Position numbers and translations under genes: made by a program
In this document: positions 1 to 13,944 of the stretch, piece after piece
Layout of the letters: each line of letters starts with the position of its first letter
Numbering within the stretch: the stretch's first letter is position 1
Notes under the pieces: generated by a model
The model's input: the letters and a program-made list of their open reading frames with translations, nothing else
What the model was told of the DNA's origin: nothing
The model's database searches: none
NCBI GenBank assembly: GCA_028534125.1
Contig: CM052816.1
Coordinates: forward strand, 806,001 to 870,000
Source of the DNA: Lama glama
Lineage: Eukaryota
Reading direction: 5' to 3'
DNA length: 64,000 nucleotides

Positions 1-69
1 GTATTCTGGGGAAGAGAAAGAGTAAGGGGTTTATAAAGGCAGAAGTCTCAAGGCTGTTAGAGGGTCGTC

Positions 70-1890
70 TTGAAATACAGCATCAGCTTTTCTATTTCTG
101 CAAAAAAGACCATTGAAATTTTAATAACAATTGCACTGAATGCATTTATAAATTTATGTATTACTGCCATTCTAACAATAATAACTTCTAATCCATGAAC
201 ATGGGTTGTCTTTCGATTTATTTATGTCTTTTCAAATTTCTTTCAGCAGTGTTTTGTAGACTGCAGCGTACAACGATTTCATTTCTTTGGTGAATCTTAT
301 TTTTAGTTTTTTTTTAATCCACTTAAAATGGAATGGTTTTATTAATTTCCTTTTTGGATTGCTGACTGCTAGTCTACAGGCACGCAACTGATTTCTGTAT
401 GGTAAAAAGAAAGCTGTCTGCAACTTGACTGAATTTCCTCATTAGGTCTAACGGTTGTTGTGGGTTCTTTAGGATTTTCTATGTATAAGATTATGCCAAC
501 TTTGAATTGGGTTAATTTACTTCTTCTTTTCCTTTTGAATGATTGTTATTTCCTTTTCCTGCCTACTTGCTCTGGTTATGGCTTCAGTATATGTCAAACA
601 GAAATGCTGAAAGTGAGCATCCGTATTCTCTTGCTGATCTCAGAGGGAAGATATCAGTTTCCAATATTGAGTAAGATGTTAGCTGCGGGCTTTTTACAAA
701 TGCCCACATCATGTTGGGGAATTTCCTTTCTATTCTTAGTTTAACTTTTTAAATTATGAAAATGTTTTGGATTTTGTAAAATACTTTTACTACATTAATT
801 GAGATAATTATGTGGTTTTTTTCCTTCTTTATTCTGTTAATCTGGTGTATTACATTGATTGATTTTTGTATGTTCATCCAGATTTGAATTCCTGGGATAA
901 GTCCCACTGGTCATGTTTCATACTCTTTTAAAAATGTTGCCAGATTCAGTCTGCTAGTATTTCGTTAAGGCATTTGCATTTATATTTACAAGGGATTTGG
1001 TCTACAGATTTCTTTTCTTTTAATGTCTTTGTCTGGCTTTCATATTAGGCCAGATACTTCTGGCTTCACAGAATGAATTAGGAAGTCTTTTCTCCTCTTC
1101 TATTTTTTGGGAAGAGTTTTAGAAGACTGATGTTAATTTTTCTTTACATGATGGACAGAATTCACCAGTGACACTATCTGGTACTGGGTGTTTCTTTCTT
1201 GGGAGGTTTTGGTAACTGATTCAGTCTCCTAACTTGTTGTAAGTGTATTCAGGTTGCCTATTTCTTCGTGAGACTATTTGGATAATTTGCATCATTCTTG
1301 GGTTTTGTTCATTTCATCTAAGTTATCTAGTCTGTTGTTGTATAATTCATCATTAGTATTCTCTTATCATTATTTTTACTTATTTTAGGTGGATAGTAAT
1401 GTCCCCTCTTAAATTTATGATTTAGTAATTTGAGTCTTCTCTTTTCTTAATCAGTCCAGTTAAAGTTCTGTCCATTTTGTTGACCTTTCAAAGAAACAAC
1501 ACGAGATTCTGTTGATTTTCTCTTTTCAAGATTTCTCTCTGCTCTAATCTGTATTATTCTCCTCCTTCGTCTATCTTTGTGTTTAGTTTGATCTTCTTTT
1601 TCTAGTTCCTTAAAGTGAAATGTTACATTATTGATCTTAGGTCTGTTTTTCTTTCTAATACAGAGTTTTACATTGACAAAATTTTCTCCAAGCACCGCTT
1701 GTGCTGCATTTATAAGTATCGTTCTATTTCATTTTTGTTCCTATGAAATTATTTTCCTGATTTTTCTTGTTCTTCCTTTTTTGACACATGGTTAAGAGCG
1801 TGTTGTTTCATTCCACATATTTGTGCATTTTCTAGTTTTTATATATAAATGATTTTTCATTTTATTTTATTGTGGTGGGACAAGATACTT
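70..1890 (-). mobile_element. Degraded LINE-1 ORF2 fragment
   Basis: T-rich antisense L1 sequence; ORF 1447..1695 contains L1 ORF2-like 'KINNVTFHFKELEKEDQTK...IIQIRAE'. Boundaries approximate. Confidence 0.8.
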
Positions 1891-2904
1891 AAGATAATTG
1901 GCCAGTTTCTAAAGAAAGTACACAGTTTCCCTGGGAGAGTGCCATTCAAACGGAAATCAGCCTATCCAGAGCTCATACCCCCACCTCCTCCTTTTTGGAC
2001 CCTTATGTTCTGAAACATGAATCATCCTAGGGCCAGATACCAGACAAGTAGAATAGCTCCTACATCCCACAACTTGTGAAATTATCCAAGCTTGCCAAAT
2101 CTAAGCTTGCTCATCCTGGTTTATCCTTTTCTTCTCACAATAAACTTCTTGCCTACATTTTCCCCTTGCTCATTGTACCTCCTGACTGACACCAGTGCTT
2201 TCCTGCTTTCCTGAGTGGTCCCCCTGTGACATGGCCTGGCCACTTCTCATGGTATCTATGTGTATGACATACTGTTTTTTCAATGGCAACTGTCTCCTAA
2301 TCTGTTGATCTTCCATAGCTAAATAATAATAATAAAAGCTATACTTTAAAGCACACTTCAGTTTTGACAATTTTAAGTTATTCTGCTCTTTTATAGCTCT
2401 AGTCTTCCCCCTTTATTTGTTGTTTTCACAGATTATATTGTTGTATGCATTTAGGTCTTAAATCTGGTAGGAAAGCATTTCTTGACAAGTGGTTTTTTTG
2501 TTTCTATTAAGGTACCTAATTTGTTGATTTTCTGTGAAGCAAAAGGGAGAGAATCCTGGGTGGCCTATTATTGTTAGGAACATCCTTAAAAGAGGAAAAC
2601 GGCAGCATCAGAGGTCCTTCTGCTAGCCCTCAGACAGCTAGCTACCATGTTATGCAGGAACTAAATGCTAAGGAACCAAGAGCAAATCCTTAGAACTGAG
2701 AGCAAGAAGACAAAATAATGCCTCCAAATACGTCAGGGATCTTGAGTACCTAGCTAGCCAACACCGTGATTTCAGATTCTGTAGGACCCAACTAAAATGT
2801 TCTTGATGTCTGACCACAAACTATGACTTAATCAATTGGAGTAATTTTTAAACTGCTAAGCTCATGCTAATTTGTTACACGGCAATGTAAAAGTAACACA
2901 GCTG

Positions 2905-5110
2905 ACGCTGTTCCCATATCTTGGCCATTGTGAATAATGTTACAATACACATGGAGTGGAGATGTCTCTTCAATAGAACGACTTCATCTTCTTTGGATAT
3001 ATAATCAGAAGTAGGACTGCTGTATCATATGGTAATTCTAATTTTATGCTTTCGGGAGTCACCATACTGTTTTCCATAGTGCTGTACCAGTTTACATTCC
3101 CACCAACAGTCTCCTTTCCTTCACACCCTTGACAGCATTTGTTATCTCTTGTCCTTTTGATAATAGCCATCTTGGCAGGTGTAAGATAAGACCTCATTGT
3201 GGTTTTGATTTGCATTTTCCTGATGATTAGTGATACAGAACACCTTTTTACATGCTTGTGGACAACACGTATGTCTTTTTTGGAAAAACACCAAATCAGT
3301 TCCTCTGCCCCTTTTTTAATCAGACTGTTTGTTTTCTTGCTATTGAGTTGTTTAAGTTCCTTGTACATGAGTAGAGTAATGGTTTTTTTCCATAAAAGTG
3401 AAAATCCTTTTTGTGTTTCTTTCAGTTAGTGAAAACGTGTATTAACATCGGTCTTTTGTACAAGAAACGTGTCATAACACAAACTTTCAGAAAGTGAGGG
3501 CTACTTTTCCCTTTATGCCATTTTGGCTTGCCAATGGTTTCACAGGAATGCTCTATTTTCACATATCAGAGGAAACTTGTATATTTCGGATATTAACCCC
3601 TTTGCAAATCTTTTTCTCCTCATCTGTAGCTTGTCTTTGAATTTTGTTGATTGTTTCTTTTGCTGTGTACAGCTTTTTAAGTTTGATGGAGTCACTTTAA
3701 ATTTTGCTTTTGTTGCTTGTGCTTTTGGTGTCACATCCAAAAATTGTTGCCAAGATTGATGGCAAGTATCAATCCTGTCCATTTTTCTACGCTTTTCTCT
3801 AGGAATTTCAGGGTTTCGGGTTTAACTTTAGGTTTAAGTTCTGAAACCATTTTGAGTTAAGTTTTGTGAGTGTTGTAAAATTGGAATCAGTTCTTTTTTA
3901 GCTCTATTGACATATAATATTATGTAAGTTTAGGTGTACAATGTGTTAATTTAATACAATTATATATTTGTGAAATTATTACCACCATTAGCTAACACTT
4001 CCATAAGTCATATAATTACCTTTACTTTTTTTATGGTGAGAACATTTAAGATCTACTTTTTTTAACAACTTTCAAGTGTATAATACATTATGGTAAACTA
4101 AATAGGGTCTAGTTTTATTTTATTTTTGTATGTAGAGATCTAGTTTTTCCAACATGATTTGTTAAAGATACTATCCTTTCCCCACTGAATATTTCTGGCT
4201 CCTTTGTCAAATGTTAGTTGACAATATATGCATGGATTTATTCTGGGGATCTTGATTCTGTTTCTTTGGTCTATGTGTCTGATTTTATGCCAGACATATG
4301 CCATACTGTTTTGATTACTATAGTATTGTAATATAGTTTGAAACCAGAAAGTACAATGTCTCCATATGTGTTCTCTATCAAGACTTTTTTGGCTACTCGG
4401 GGTCTTTTGAGATTTCCTACAAATTTTAGGATTGTGCTATTGTTTGAATGCCATTAGAATTTTGATAGGGATTTCTTTGAATATATAGATGGCTTGAGTA
4501 GTATGCTATTTTAACAGTATCAACTCAATGTTAAATCTAGGAATAAAGGATGTATTTCCATTTATTTTTGTCCTCTTCAATTTCTTTTGTCAATGTCTTA
4601 CACATTTTAATTATAGAGCTTTCAAATCCTTGGTTAAACTTATTCCTAAGTATCTTATTATTTTTGATGCTATTATGAATGAGAATGTTTCTTTAATTCT
4701 TTTTCAGACAGTTCATTGTTAGTGTATAGAAATGCAAATGAGGTTTGCATGTTGATTTTGTATCCTGACGCTTTACTGAATTTATTTAGTAGTCAAAGGC
4801 TTTTTAATTTGGAGTCTTTAGAATTCTCTTTACACAAGATTATGTCATCATCAAACAGAGACAATGTTTTCCTTTGTGATTTGAATGCCTTTTACTTCTT
4901 TTTCTTGTCTGATTGTCTTGGCTAGGACTTCCAGTATATATTGAATATTTTAATGGTGGAAGTGGGCACCCTTGTCTTGTTGCTGATCCTAGAGGGAAAA
5001 CTTTCACCCTTTACCACTGAGTATGCTATTAGCTGTGGGTTTGTCACATATGGCCTGTATTATGTTGAGTCATGTTTGTTCTATATCCAATTTGCTGAGA
5101 GATTTTATTA
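2905..5110 (-). mobile_element. LINE-1 ORF2 3' region with small nested insertions
   Basis: ORF 2970..3368 'YKELKQLNSKKTNSLIKK..MQIKTTMRSYLTPAKMAIIK' and ORF 3540..3782 'TPKAQATKAK' are L1 ORF2 C-terminal motifs. Confidence 0.85.
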
Positions 5111-7046
5111 TGAAAGCAAAACCCAACGCAATAGAGGAAAACAAATCCTTTAATGGATGTCTAGGGACTCACTTCCTCTGTGGTTTCCTATTTGCCTCAA
5201 GGATTCTCCTGGGGTCACCTGCTGTTGTCATGTGTGCTTTTAATTGTCTGTATGACCTCAAAAATACTGCCTGCAGGTGGAAACCAAAATGCTCACATCT
5301 CCTGACACCAAGCCTTCCTCAAAAAGTAACCAGGAGCACCACTACGTGAGGCAAGCGTGATGTGTTGAAAATCCAGTGTGTGTAGGTACGTGAGCACAGG
5401 TAAAATGAAGAAGAGACTGGCTGGGCTTCCAATAATCATATCTACTGGTTTGCCTTGCTTCAGGATAATATTTCCCCTTAATAGAGTTCTCTGTAGCAAC
5501 CTGAGAAGCCAGGGGTGAATATTTAGTATGGAACCAACATTTAGAATAATGTTACTAAATTAAACCACCTCTTGGATCTGGTTCTTTCTTCAATTTCCGC
5601 CCCCTTGTCCCTAGGAGTTTTCCATAATCTCTACCTGGAAATTTAGTAGCCAGCAGATGGGAAAACGTAAGTATTGGGTCTCAGAGGTAAGTAAACCTAG
5701 TAAACGTCAATGAAGCAGCATTAACAGTAAATCCTCAGTGTTATCTTCATCTTCCGTAGGAATTTACACATCACCACTGGTGCCACCAGGAGGTAACACT
5801 TGGTAAGGAGGAAAAGTGGGAAATCTTAACGGGCTTTTCTTGTTCCAATCAGAGTTTTCCTTTCAAAATTTGACCCTCACCCCATCCCTTAATTGCACTT
5901 TCCTACCCTATAGATTTGCTGTGGATTGATTTTTGCTTTTTGATGCCTAAATACAATCTGAGTAACTACTGATTAGGGTAGAAAATTCTCCTTTCCTGTT
6001 TCCATAAACTTGTACGGAAGAGTATATTCTTCCTCTTGAGTGCAGGCACAGTCTTATTTCTCATTTAGAGCTTCTGGAATCTGATTTGATTATTATTTCT
6101 GTATTTATCCTGATGTGGTTCATATAAGTGTCTATGAATAAATCTAAAAGAAAATGCAATAGTGTATATTGCTTCATTTCTCAGTTGATGTGTACTATTT
6201 TAGAAAATGACCTCCCAGATTCTATTCTAGTAGAAGGACAGATTCATTTCACAGCACTCTATTTTGCACCCATCTATAGTTTCCAGATCCACAGGCAGAG
6301 CACTGCAAAGAAATAAATTTTATGTGTTTACCTGTTGCATGTCTAGGCGTGGATATACGAAATGGCTACATACGACCTCAAGGCATTTGCCATAGTGAAA
6401 ATAGTTTATGATTATAGGAAACCCATGTTTATTTTGGGGGCTTAACAGAAGACTAAGAATTAAATTATGAAATATCTGAAAACCCAGCATCAAGACCATG
6501 AAATTGAGGATGGTGGTGGAAGGAACTCTGGGAAACATAATAGATCATATTAATTGGTTCCGGTTCCTTCTTCATTCATCCTTTCATGGTTCACTGTGAG
6601 CGGAGTTAACTTCTCGGCCACATTGATATTGGACTTCTCAGTGTGACTTGCTCTAGTCAGTGGAATGTGATTGAAAGAAATAGATTCCGTTCTAAGTTTA
6701 GGCCTTAGGGGCGAATCTTGTGATTTTTTTGCTTGCCCATTTTGGCTTCTGCTGTCTTCCTTGAGAAGAGCAAGCCCCAGAACAAGAGACATACATATGG
6801 TGGAGGATATATATATGTACTTTGCTGGCAGCCTCAAGCAAAATGCCCCACCTGCCTCACAGATAGGGGAGCAAGAAAATACATGTTTGTTGTCAAAGGC
6901 CACAGAAATTTGTGGAGTTATTTTTCACCTCACATTACTACAGCAATAACTGACCAGTAAAAATATTTTTAAAGGCTTTAAAGCATTTCATTTGACTTGT
7001 ATTTCGCTTTTCTTCCTCTTTTGGTTCAACCAGATCAGTCATAGCC

Positions 7047-7994
7047 ATGGAGGAAGAAAATGAGACATTGACAACAGATTTTACTCTCTTAGGACTCTTC
7101 CCCAATATGAAGTATGTCAGTATCCTTATCTACATCATCATCTTGATTTACCTTGCCGCAGTAATTGGGAACTTCATCTTGCTTCTTCTGATATGGATGG
7201 ACTTGAGGCTCCACACTCCGATGTACTTTCTGCTCAGCCAGCTTTCTCTCATAGACCTGGCCCTCATCAGCAGCACTGTCCCAAAGATGATGGTAAACTT
7301 TTTCTCTGGAAGGAAAGATATCACACGTGTTGCCTGTGGAACCCAGATATTTTTCTTTTTCACTCTTGGGGGTGCTGAATGTATCCTCTTGACCCTCATG
7401 GCCTATGACCGATATGTAGCTGTCTGTAACCCCTTGAGATATGCAGTCATCATAAACCACGAGGTCTGTCTGCAAATGGTCATAGTGTCTTGGACTGGAG
7501 GCATTTTAGCTTCCACAGCCCACACATTCTATACCATGAATCTGCCTATCTGTGGCTCCAGAGAAATCCACCATTTCTTCTGTGAGATGCCAGCAATCAT
7601 GAAGATCTCATGCAAAGACACTTCCACCTATGAGGTGGTGGTCTTTGTGATGGGCATTGCATTTATCATCATCCCTTTTGGATTCATTATGTCTTCCTAT
7701 ACCTTCATCTTCCTCACTGTCCTTCGTATGAAATCTCCCCAAGGCAGGAACAAAGCCTTGGCCACCTGCTCCTCCCATCTTACAGTGGTAATTTTTTATC
7801 TAGGACCATGCGTTTATATGTACATGACACCTGGTTCCTCCCATTCCCCTGATCAAGAGCAGGCTGTGTCTGTATTTTGCACTGTCCTCACACCCATGCT
7901 CAATCCACTCATCTACAGCCTGAGAAATAAAGATGTGGTTGGGGCTTTTCAGAAAGTCCTGAGGAAACATCCAGTCTCTAAATGGAAAACATAA
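7047..7994 (+). CDS. Olfactory receptor, class II, probably family 2; intact, 315 aa
   Basis: OR motifs LHTPMYFLLSQLS, MAYDRYVAVCNPLRY, HFFCE, KALATCSSHL and PMLNPLIYSLRN; N-terminal NET sequon; gccATGG Kozak; pyrimidine tract plus AG acceptor at 7032-7033 just before the ATG. Confidence 0.96.
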   Translation: MEEENETLTTDFTLLGLFPNMKYVSILIYIIILIYLAAVIGNFILLLLIWMDLRLHTPMYFLLSQLSLIDLALISSTVPKMMVNFFSGRKDITRVACGTQIFFFFTLGGAECILLTLMAYDRYVAVCNPLRYAVIINHEVCLQMVIVSWTGGILASTAHTFYTMNLPICGSREIHHFFCEMPAIMKISCKDTSTYEVVVFVMGIAFIIIPFGFIMSSYTFIFLTVLRMKSPQGRNKALATCSSHLTVVIFYLGPCVYMYMTPGSSHSPDQEQAVSVFCTVLTPMLNPLIYSLRNKDVVGAFQKVLRKHPVSKWKT

Positions 7995-9429
7995 ATGTCA
8001 AGGTGGAGAATAATACCTAGAAGATCAAGAACAAAGATTCCAGGAGCATCCACAGTTGCATTTTCCAGTGTGAGGAACTTTGCTGTAGCTCTGTAGGCAC
8101 CCCATATTGTGGAATTCAACTGACAATATTAATTCGATCATAAATACTTTGTGAGGAGCATTTTTGCAATCAGTTTCTAATCATTTGCTTCCAAAATGGA
8201 TCAATTCAACTGCTGTTCTTGAAACCAGTTCATAAGCATAGAAAAAGTTCCAATCTTCTTTTTATACCTGAAATATTTAGATATCTTTCAGTGTCCTTGA
8301 GGCTCAGCCTTATTTGATATTATCAGTGCTTTAGATCTTGTTAATTCCCGTTGTTAGAAACACCAACATCCTAGGAAAGACACATGTGACTGATATGTGA
8401 AAAAGAATTGGTTTTTATCGGGGGCAATGATAACATCACATTTTTTTTTCCTTTCAAATGCCCTAGAAAACTCAGTATGTTGACACCATTCTCCCTGCTT
8501 GACTTGGGTAGAAGTTTTTTGGCAAAAGTCCTAAGTTCATGGGCAGTGCAGTAAGATTCTCAGTAATAAGGCCTAAGGTTTGATGCAGCGTTTTTTCTTT
8601 CGTTTTCTGTAAATATGTAAATAGTCCTGATATCAGCCCATATGAGTCATAATAAAACTTTATGGGTGAAATATATTGCAAAAGTTGTGCCCCACAGGAA
8701 GAAATTTAAATTATAGTATATGTAGTTTACCACCCCTCAGCTCATCAAAAAGCACTCTAAAATCTATTGGTCGATAAGATGTGTGGAAAATGGCATTTAT
8801 GAGCATTGTTGGTAATAATGTTCCTATTATGGCTTTTTTGGAATCCAATTTATTAAAATTAAATTGTGTTTTACATTCTTTTCAGGAATTCTCCTTCTAG
8901 GAATTTTCCAAAATAAATGAAATAAAAGTATCAATAGTTAACTATGTACTTGCATGTGTGTGTGTGGAATTTTTTTCTCAAAGACTGGCAACAACCAATG
9001 TGACAATGGCTGAATAAACTGTGGTTCATCCATATGACGGAAAGAGCTATTATAAAGCTATTATAAAGAATGAGTTAAAAATACACAATATAATTAGAAA
9101 GATATCCAGAAGGAGTTTTGGGGGCAAGAAGACAAGGTTTGTGGGGGAAACATTATAATGAATGTCTGTATTTTGGTAAAATAAACAATGACCCTAAAGT
9201 TGCTATATATGTGTACATTTGTGTGTCAGTCTATTCAATTATCTTTTTTTCTAGTATTATTGAGATATAATTGACACATAACATTGTGTAAATTTAAGGT
9301 GTACGATGTGATAAATTTGATACACATATATATTGCAAAATGTTTATCATAAGGTAAGTCAACACATTATTCACTTCAAGTAATTACAATTTGTTGTGTT
9401 TTGATGAGAACATTAAACTTCTACTCTTT

Positions 9430-11700
9430 GTGTGTGTGTGTGTGTGCTAGACTTTCTTTTTATTGAAGTATAGTTGATTTACAATATTGTGTCAGTCTCA
9501 GGTGTACAGCCAAGTGATTCAGTTACATATACTACATATACATATAAAATATATATATTTAGATTATTTTCCATTAGAGATTATTACAAGATATTGAATA
9601 TAGATTCCTGTGCTATACAATAAGTTCTTGTTGTTTGTCTGGTTGTGGTTAGTGTATAGAAATACACGCCTGCTTTGTCACCCAAGGACCAGGGTCCAGC
9701 CAGTACCAGGGCAGAGTCCGGCCTGTGTTTGTGGATTCCTTCCTCAGGCTTTGGGATTGTTTGTTTCTTATTTTTGGTATCTGCCCCCTGGTGGATGAGG
9801 CTGGACAAGAGATTTATGCAGGTTTTCTGGCTGAAGGAAAAAATGTCTGCCCACTGCTGGGTGGAGCTTGGTGCTGGTCCTCTGGTGGGAAGGGCCCTGT
9901 CTAGAGGCATCTGTGGCTGAGGAACTTGGCTGATGGGTGAGGCTGTGTTCCCACCCAGTATGCTGTCCGGCCTGAGGCATCCCAGTCTTTAAGCCTACAG
10001 GCTGTTGGGTGGGGCTGGGTCTTGGTACTAATCCAGTCAAGATGTCAGCCTCCAGGAAAGCTCATGTAGATGAACACTCCCAGGTCTGCCACCAGCTTTT
10101 ATGTCCCCAGGGTGAGCCACAGCCACCCCTACCTCCCCAGGAGACCTTCCGAAACCAGCAGGCAGGTCTGGTCCAGGTTCCTATGAAATCACTGCCTCTG
10201 CCCTTGGACCTGGTGCACATGAGATTCTGTGTGTACTTCTCAAGAGAAGAAAGTCTGTTTCCCCCAGTCCCATGGGGCTCCTGGAGTTAAGCCACACTGG
10301 CCTTCAAAACCAGATGTCCTGGGGTCTCCTCCCAAAGCCAGAACCCCAGGCTGGGGAGACTGATGCGGGGCCCAGAACTCTCACTCCTGTGGGAGGGGCT
10401 CTGTGACTTAATTATTCTTCAGCTTGTAGGTTGTCCACCCAAGAGGTACGGGGTCTGATTTTATTGCGAGCACGCCCCTCCTACCGTCCTCCTGTGGTTC
10501 CCTCTTTTTTTTATTAGGGTTGAAGAAAATCTTTTTGCTAGGTTCCAGTCTTTTTATCTTTGATGGTTGTCAACGGTCAGTTGTGGTTTTGTTGTAGTCG
10601 CAAGGAGAGGCGAGCTCGTGGTCCTACTTCTCTGCTATCTTGACCGGAACTCCCTATTATTTGCGAACTTTCTGATGACATCAATTCTGACCAGTGTTAA
10701 GTGATACTTCAGTGTGGTTTTGATTTGCACTTCTCTAATAATTAGTAATGTTGAACATCTTTTCATGTGCCTGTTCAGCATCCGAATGTCTTCACTGGAG
10801 AGATGTCTTTGTGTTTTCTGCCCATATTTTAATTGGGTTGTTTCCTGATATTGACTTTTATGACCTGTTCGTATATTTTGGATATTAACCCCTGGTCAAT
10901 TGCATCATTTACAACTATTTTCTCCCATTTTTTAGGTTGTCCTTTTGTTAATTTGATGGTTTCCCTTGTTGCAAACAAGCTTTTAGGTTTAATTGGATAC
11001 CATTTGTTTACTTTTGCTTTTATTTATTTCACCTTGGGAGGCTTACCTAAGAAAATACTGCTACAATTTTTGTCCAAGAAAGTTTTGCCTATGTTCTCTT
11101 CTAGCATTTTATAGTGTCATGTGTTATATGTAGGTGTCTGCACCATTTTGAGTTTATTTTTGTGTATGGTGTGAGGGAGTGTTCTAACTTCACTGATTTA
11201 CATATGGCTGTCCAACTTTCCCAACACCACTTGTCAAAGAGACTGTCTTAAAAAACAAACAAACAAACAAACAATAAAAAAGAGACTGTCTTTTCTCCAT
11301 TGTATATTCTTGCCTCCTTTGTCAAAGATTAATTGACCAAAAGTTTGTGGGTATATTTCTGGGCTCTCTATTCTGTCCCATTGATCTATTTCTATTTTGT
11401 GCCAATATGATGCTGTTTTGATTCCTGTACTTTTGTAGTATTGTCTGAAGTCTGTGAGGGTTATGCCTTCAGATTCGTTCTTTTTCTTCAGGATTGCTTT
11501 GGCAATTCTGGCTATTTTGTGATTCCATATAAATTTTAGGATCATTTTTTCTAGTTCTGTGAACAATATCATGTATGTTTTGATTGGGATTGCATTAAAT
11601 CTGCAGATTGCTTTGTGTAGTATGGCCATTTTAACAATATCAATTCTTTTAATTCAAGAGTAGGGGATATATTTCCATTTCTTTATATCATGTTCAAATT
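9430..11700 (-). mobile_element. LINE-1 pieces: 3' tail, GC-rich 5'UTR-like block (~9680-10650), ORF2 3' region
   Basis: ORF 11234..11629 '[53 protein letters not shown]' is L1 ORF2; antisense L1 3'-end sequence at 9450-9640. Confidence 0.8.
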
Positions 11701-11709
11701 CCTTCATCA

Positions 11710-13940
11710 CACAAAGTCAGGTAGGAAGGGAAAGATCCACACAAAGTCAGGTAGGAAGCAAAAAGTAATAAATTAGAGACCAGTGCCCCAAGAAGGGGAC
11801 CCAGAAAATGAAGGATATCAATGGCTCAAAGATTCTCCCTGGGGAGTGAGAGGATCAAACCACATATTTGGCACCCCAACCCTGAGGTCTAACACCTGGA
11901 AGATAAATTCCCTTAATTGGTTTGAAAACCAGGGGGACTTTCAGAAGGGCTATAAAAAAAACTAAGCACCACTCATGAGGAATGGACACACACATGCGTG
12001 CATACTCCTAGAAACAAGACTGAGGAAGCAGATTGAAAATACCTGGGGCTTGGCCTGTGTCCCACGACTGCCCCAGCATATGTCCTGGCTTCTGATGAAT
12101 GCCCACTCCGGCCCCTCTAGCTCTGGTGCAGCGCCCACTAGTGTGACGCTGGGATTACCGGGGAGAGTGCACACCAGGGGGAACAGAGCTGGCTCAGACA
12201 TGACTCTGCATCTGAACAAGGGTAGCCATAGCTTTTGCAGGTGGAGGCAGGAAATTGGGAACTATCTGGAGCTCTGACTGGTGTGCCAGGACTATCCCAT
12301 TGTGCACCTCAACCTATACTGGATACCAGCTCTGGGCACTGTTGCTCTAGTGCTGCTCATCTCTGGCAGATGTGCTGTTTCCAGGAGGATGGCATACTTA
12401 GAGGGAGCAGAACCAAATCAGATATAATCCTCAGGGATTCTTCTCCAACACCTTGGCACCTGACCCCACCCCTGATAAGACAGTGACAGCCACTGAGCAG
12501 AGGAGACACTCCTAGTCACACTTGGCCTGGATCTAGCCACTCCTTCTCCAACCCCACCAACCCCAAGGTGACAGCTGCCAGAAAACCCAGGGGGAAGACT
12601 CAACTCATACACAGTTCAGATCCAGCTCTCCCACCACAGTCACTGGACACAAGCACACTGCATAGGAACACTCCCACACAAAGACATTCCTTCAAGACAA
12701 GGATAGGTAGCTGTTTACAAAGAGAGAAAGAAAATTAAACAAAATGAGAAGACAGAGGAAATTGTTTTAAATGAAAGAACAAGAAAAAACCCTGAAAGAA
12801 CAACTAATAAAAGACAGATAATTTACCAGATAGAGTTCAAAGCATTAGTAATAAGAATGTTAGTTGAACTTGGGAAAAGAAAAGAAGAACACAGTAAGAA
12901 TCTTAACCAGGAGCTAAAATATATTTTAAAAGAGCTACTCAGAGCTGATGAATAAAAAACCAGAATGAAAAACACATTAGAAGGAATTAACAACAAACTG
13001 GGCGATATAGAAGAATGCAAAAGTGGTTTGTAAGATTGAGTAATGAAAATCACCCAAACAAAACAGGAAAGAGAAAAATCAATTTTTAATAAATGAGGAC
13101 AACTTAAGGGACCTCTGGCGTAACATCAGGCATACTATCATCTGTATTAAAAGGATCTCAGAAGGAGAAGAGATAAAGCAGTAGAAATTGTATTTGATAA
13201 AATTATGGTTGAGAAATTCCGAAACCTGAAAAAAGAGATATCCAGGTACAGGAATCACAAAAGAGTTCCAAACAAGATGAACTCAAACAGACTCACACCA
13301 AGACATATCATAATTAAAATGGCAAAAGTTAAAGATAGAATTCTAAAGGCAGCAAGAGAAAAACAAAGAGTCACATATTGTACCCCAGTGTTCATAGCAG
13401 CATTATTTTCTATAGCTAAGATATGGAAACAACTTAAGTGTCCATCAACAGATGACTGGATAAAGAAGATGTGATGATAGGTAGATCATATATAGAGAGA
13501 GATATTTATATCTCTATACATTAGAATATCACTTAGCTCATTTTGCCATTTGCAACAACATAAATGAAGCTGAGGGCATTAAACTTAGTGAAATAAGCCA
13601 GAGAAAGACATGGACTGTTTGTTATCACTTATATGTGGAATCTAGAAAATAAAATAAATGAATAAATATAACAAAACAGAAACAGATTCACAGATATGAA
13701 GAACAGACTAGTGGTTACCAGTGGGGAGGGGGAGAAGGGGAGCAAACAGAGGTAGGGAATCAAGTAGTTCAAACTACTATGTATAAAATAAGTAAACTAC
13801 AGGGTATATTTTATAGCATAGGGAGCATGGTTAACAATTTATAATACCTTTAAGTGGAATATTATAAAAATATTGAATCACTATATTATACATCTGACAT
13901 TCACAATATTGTAAATTAACTGTACATCAATTTTAAAAAG
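11710..13940 (+). mobile_element. Internally deleted LINE-1 (5'UTR-like region, ORF1, ORF2 C-terminus, 3'UTR)
   Basis: ORF1 motif 'TPRHIIIKMAKVKDRILKAAREKQRVTY' runs directly into ORF2-terminal 'CTPVFIAALFSIAKIWKQLKCPSTDDWIKKM'; L1 3'UTR follows to ~13935. Confidence 0.8.
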
Positions 13941-13944
13941 ATGA

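Noticed and set aside
7089..7475. Antisense ORFs over the OR
   Set aside because: Shadow frames of the OR coding sequence.
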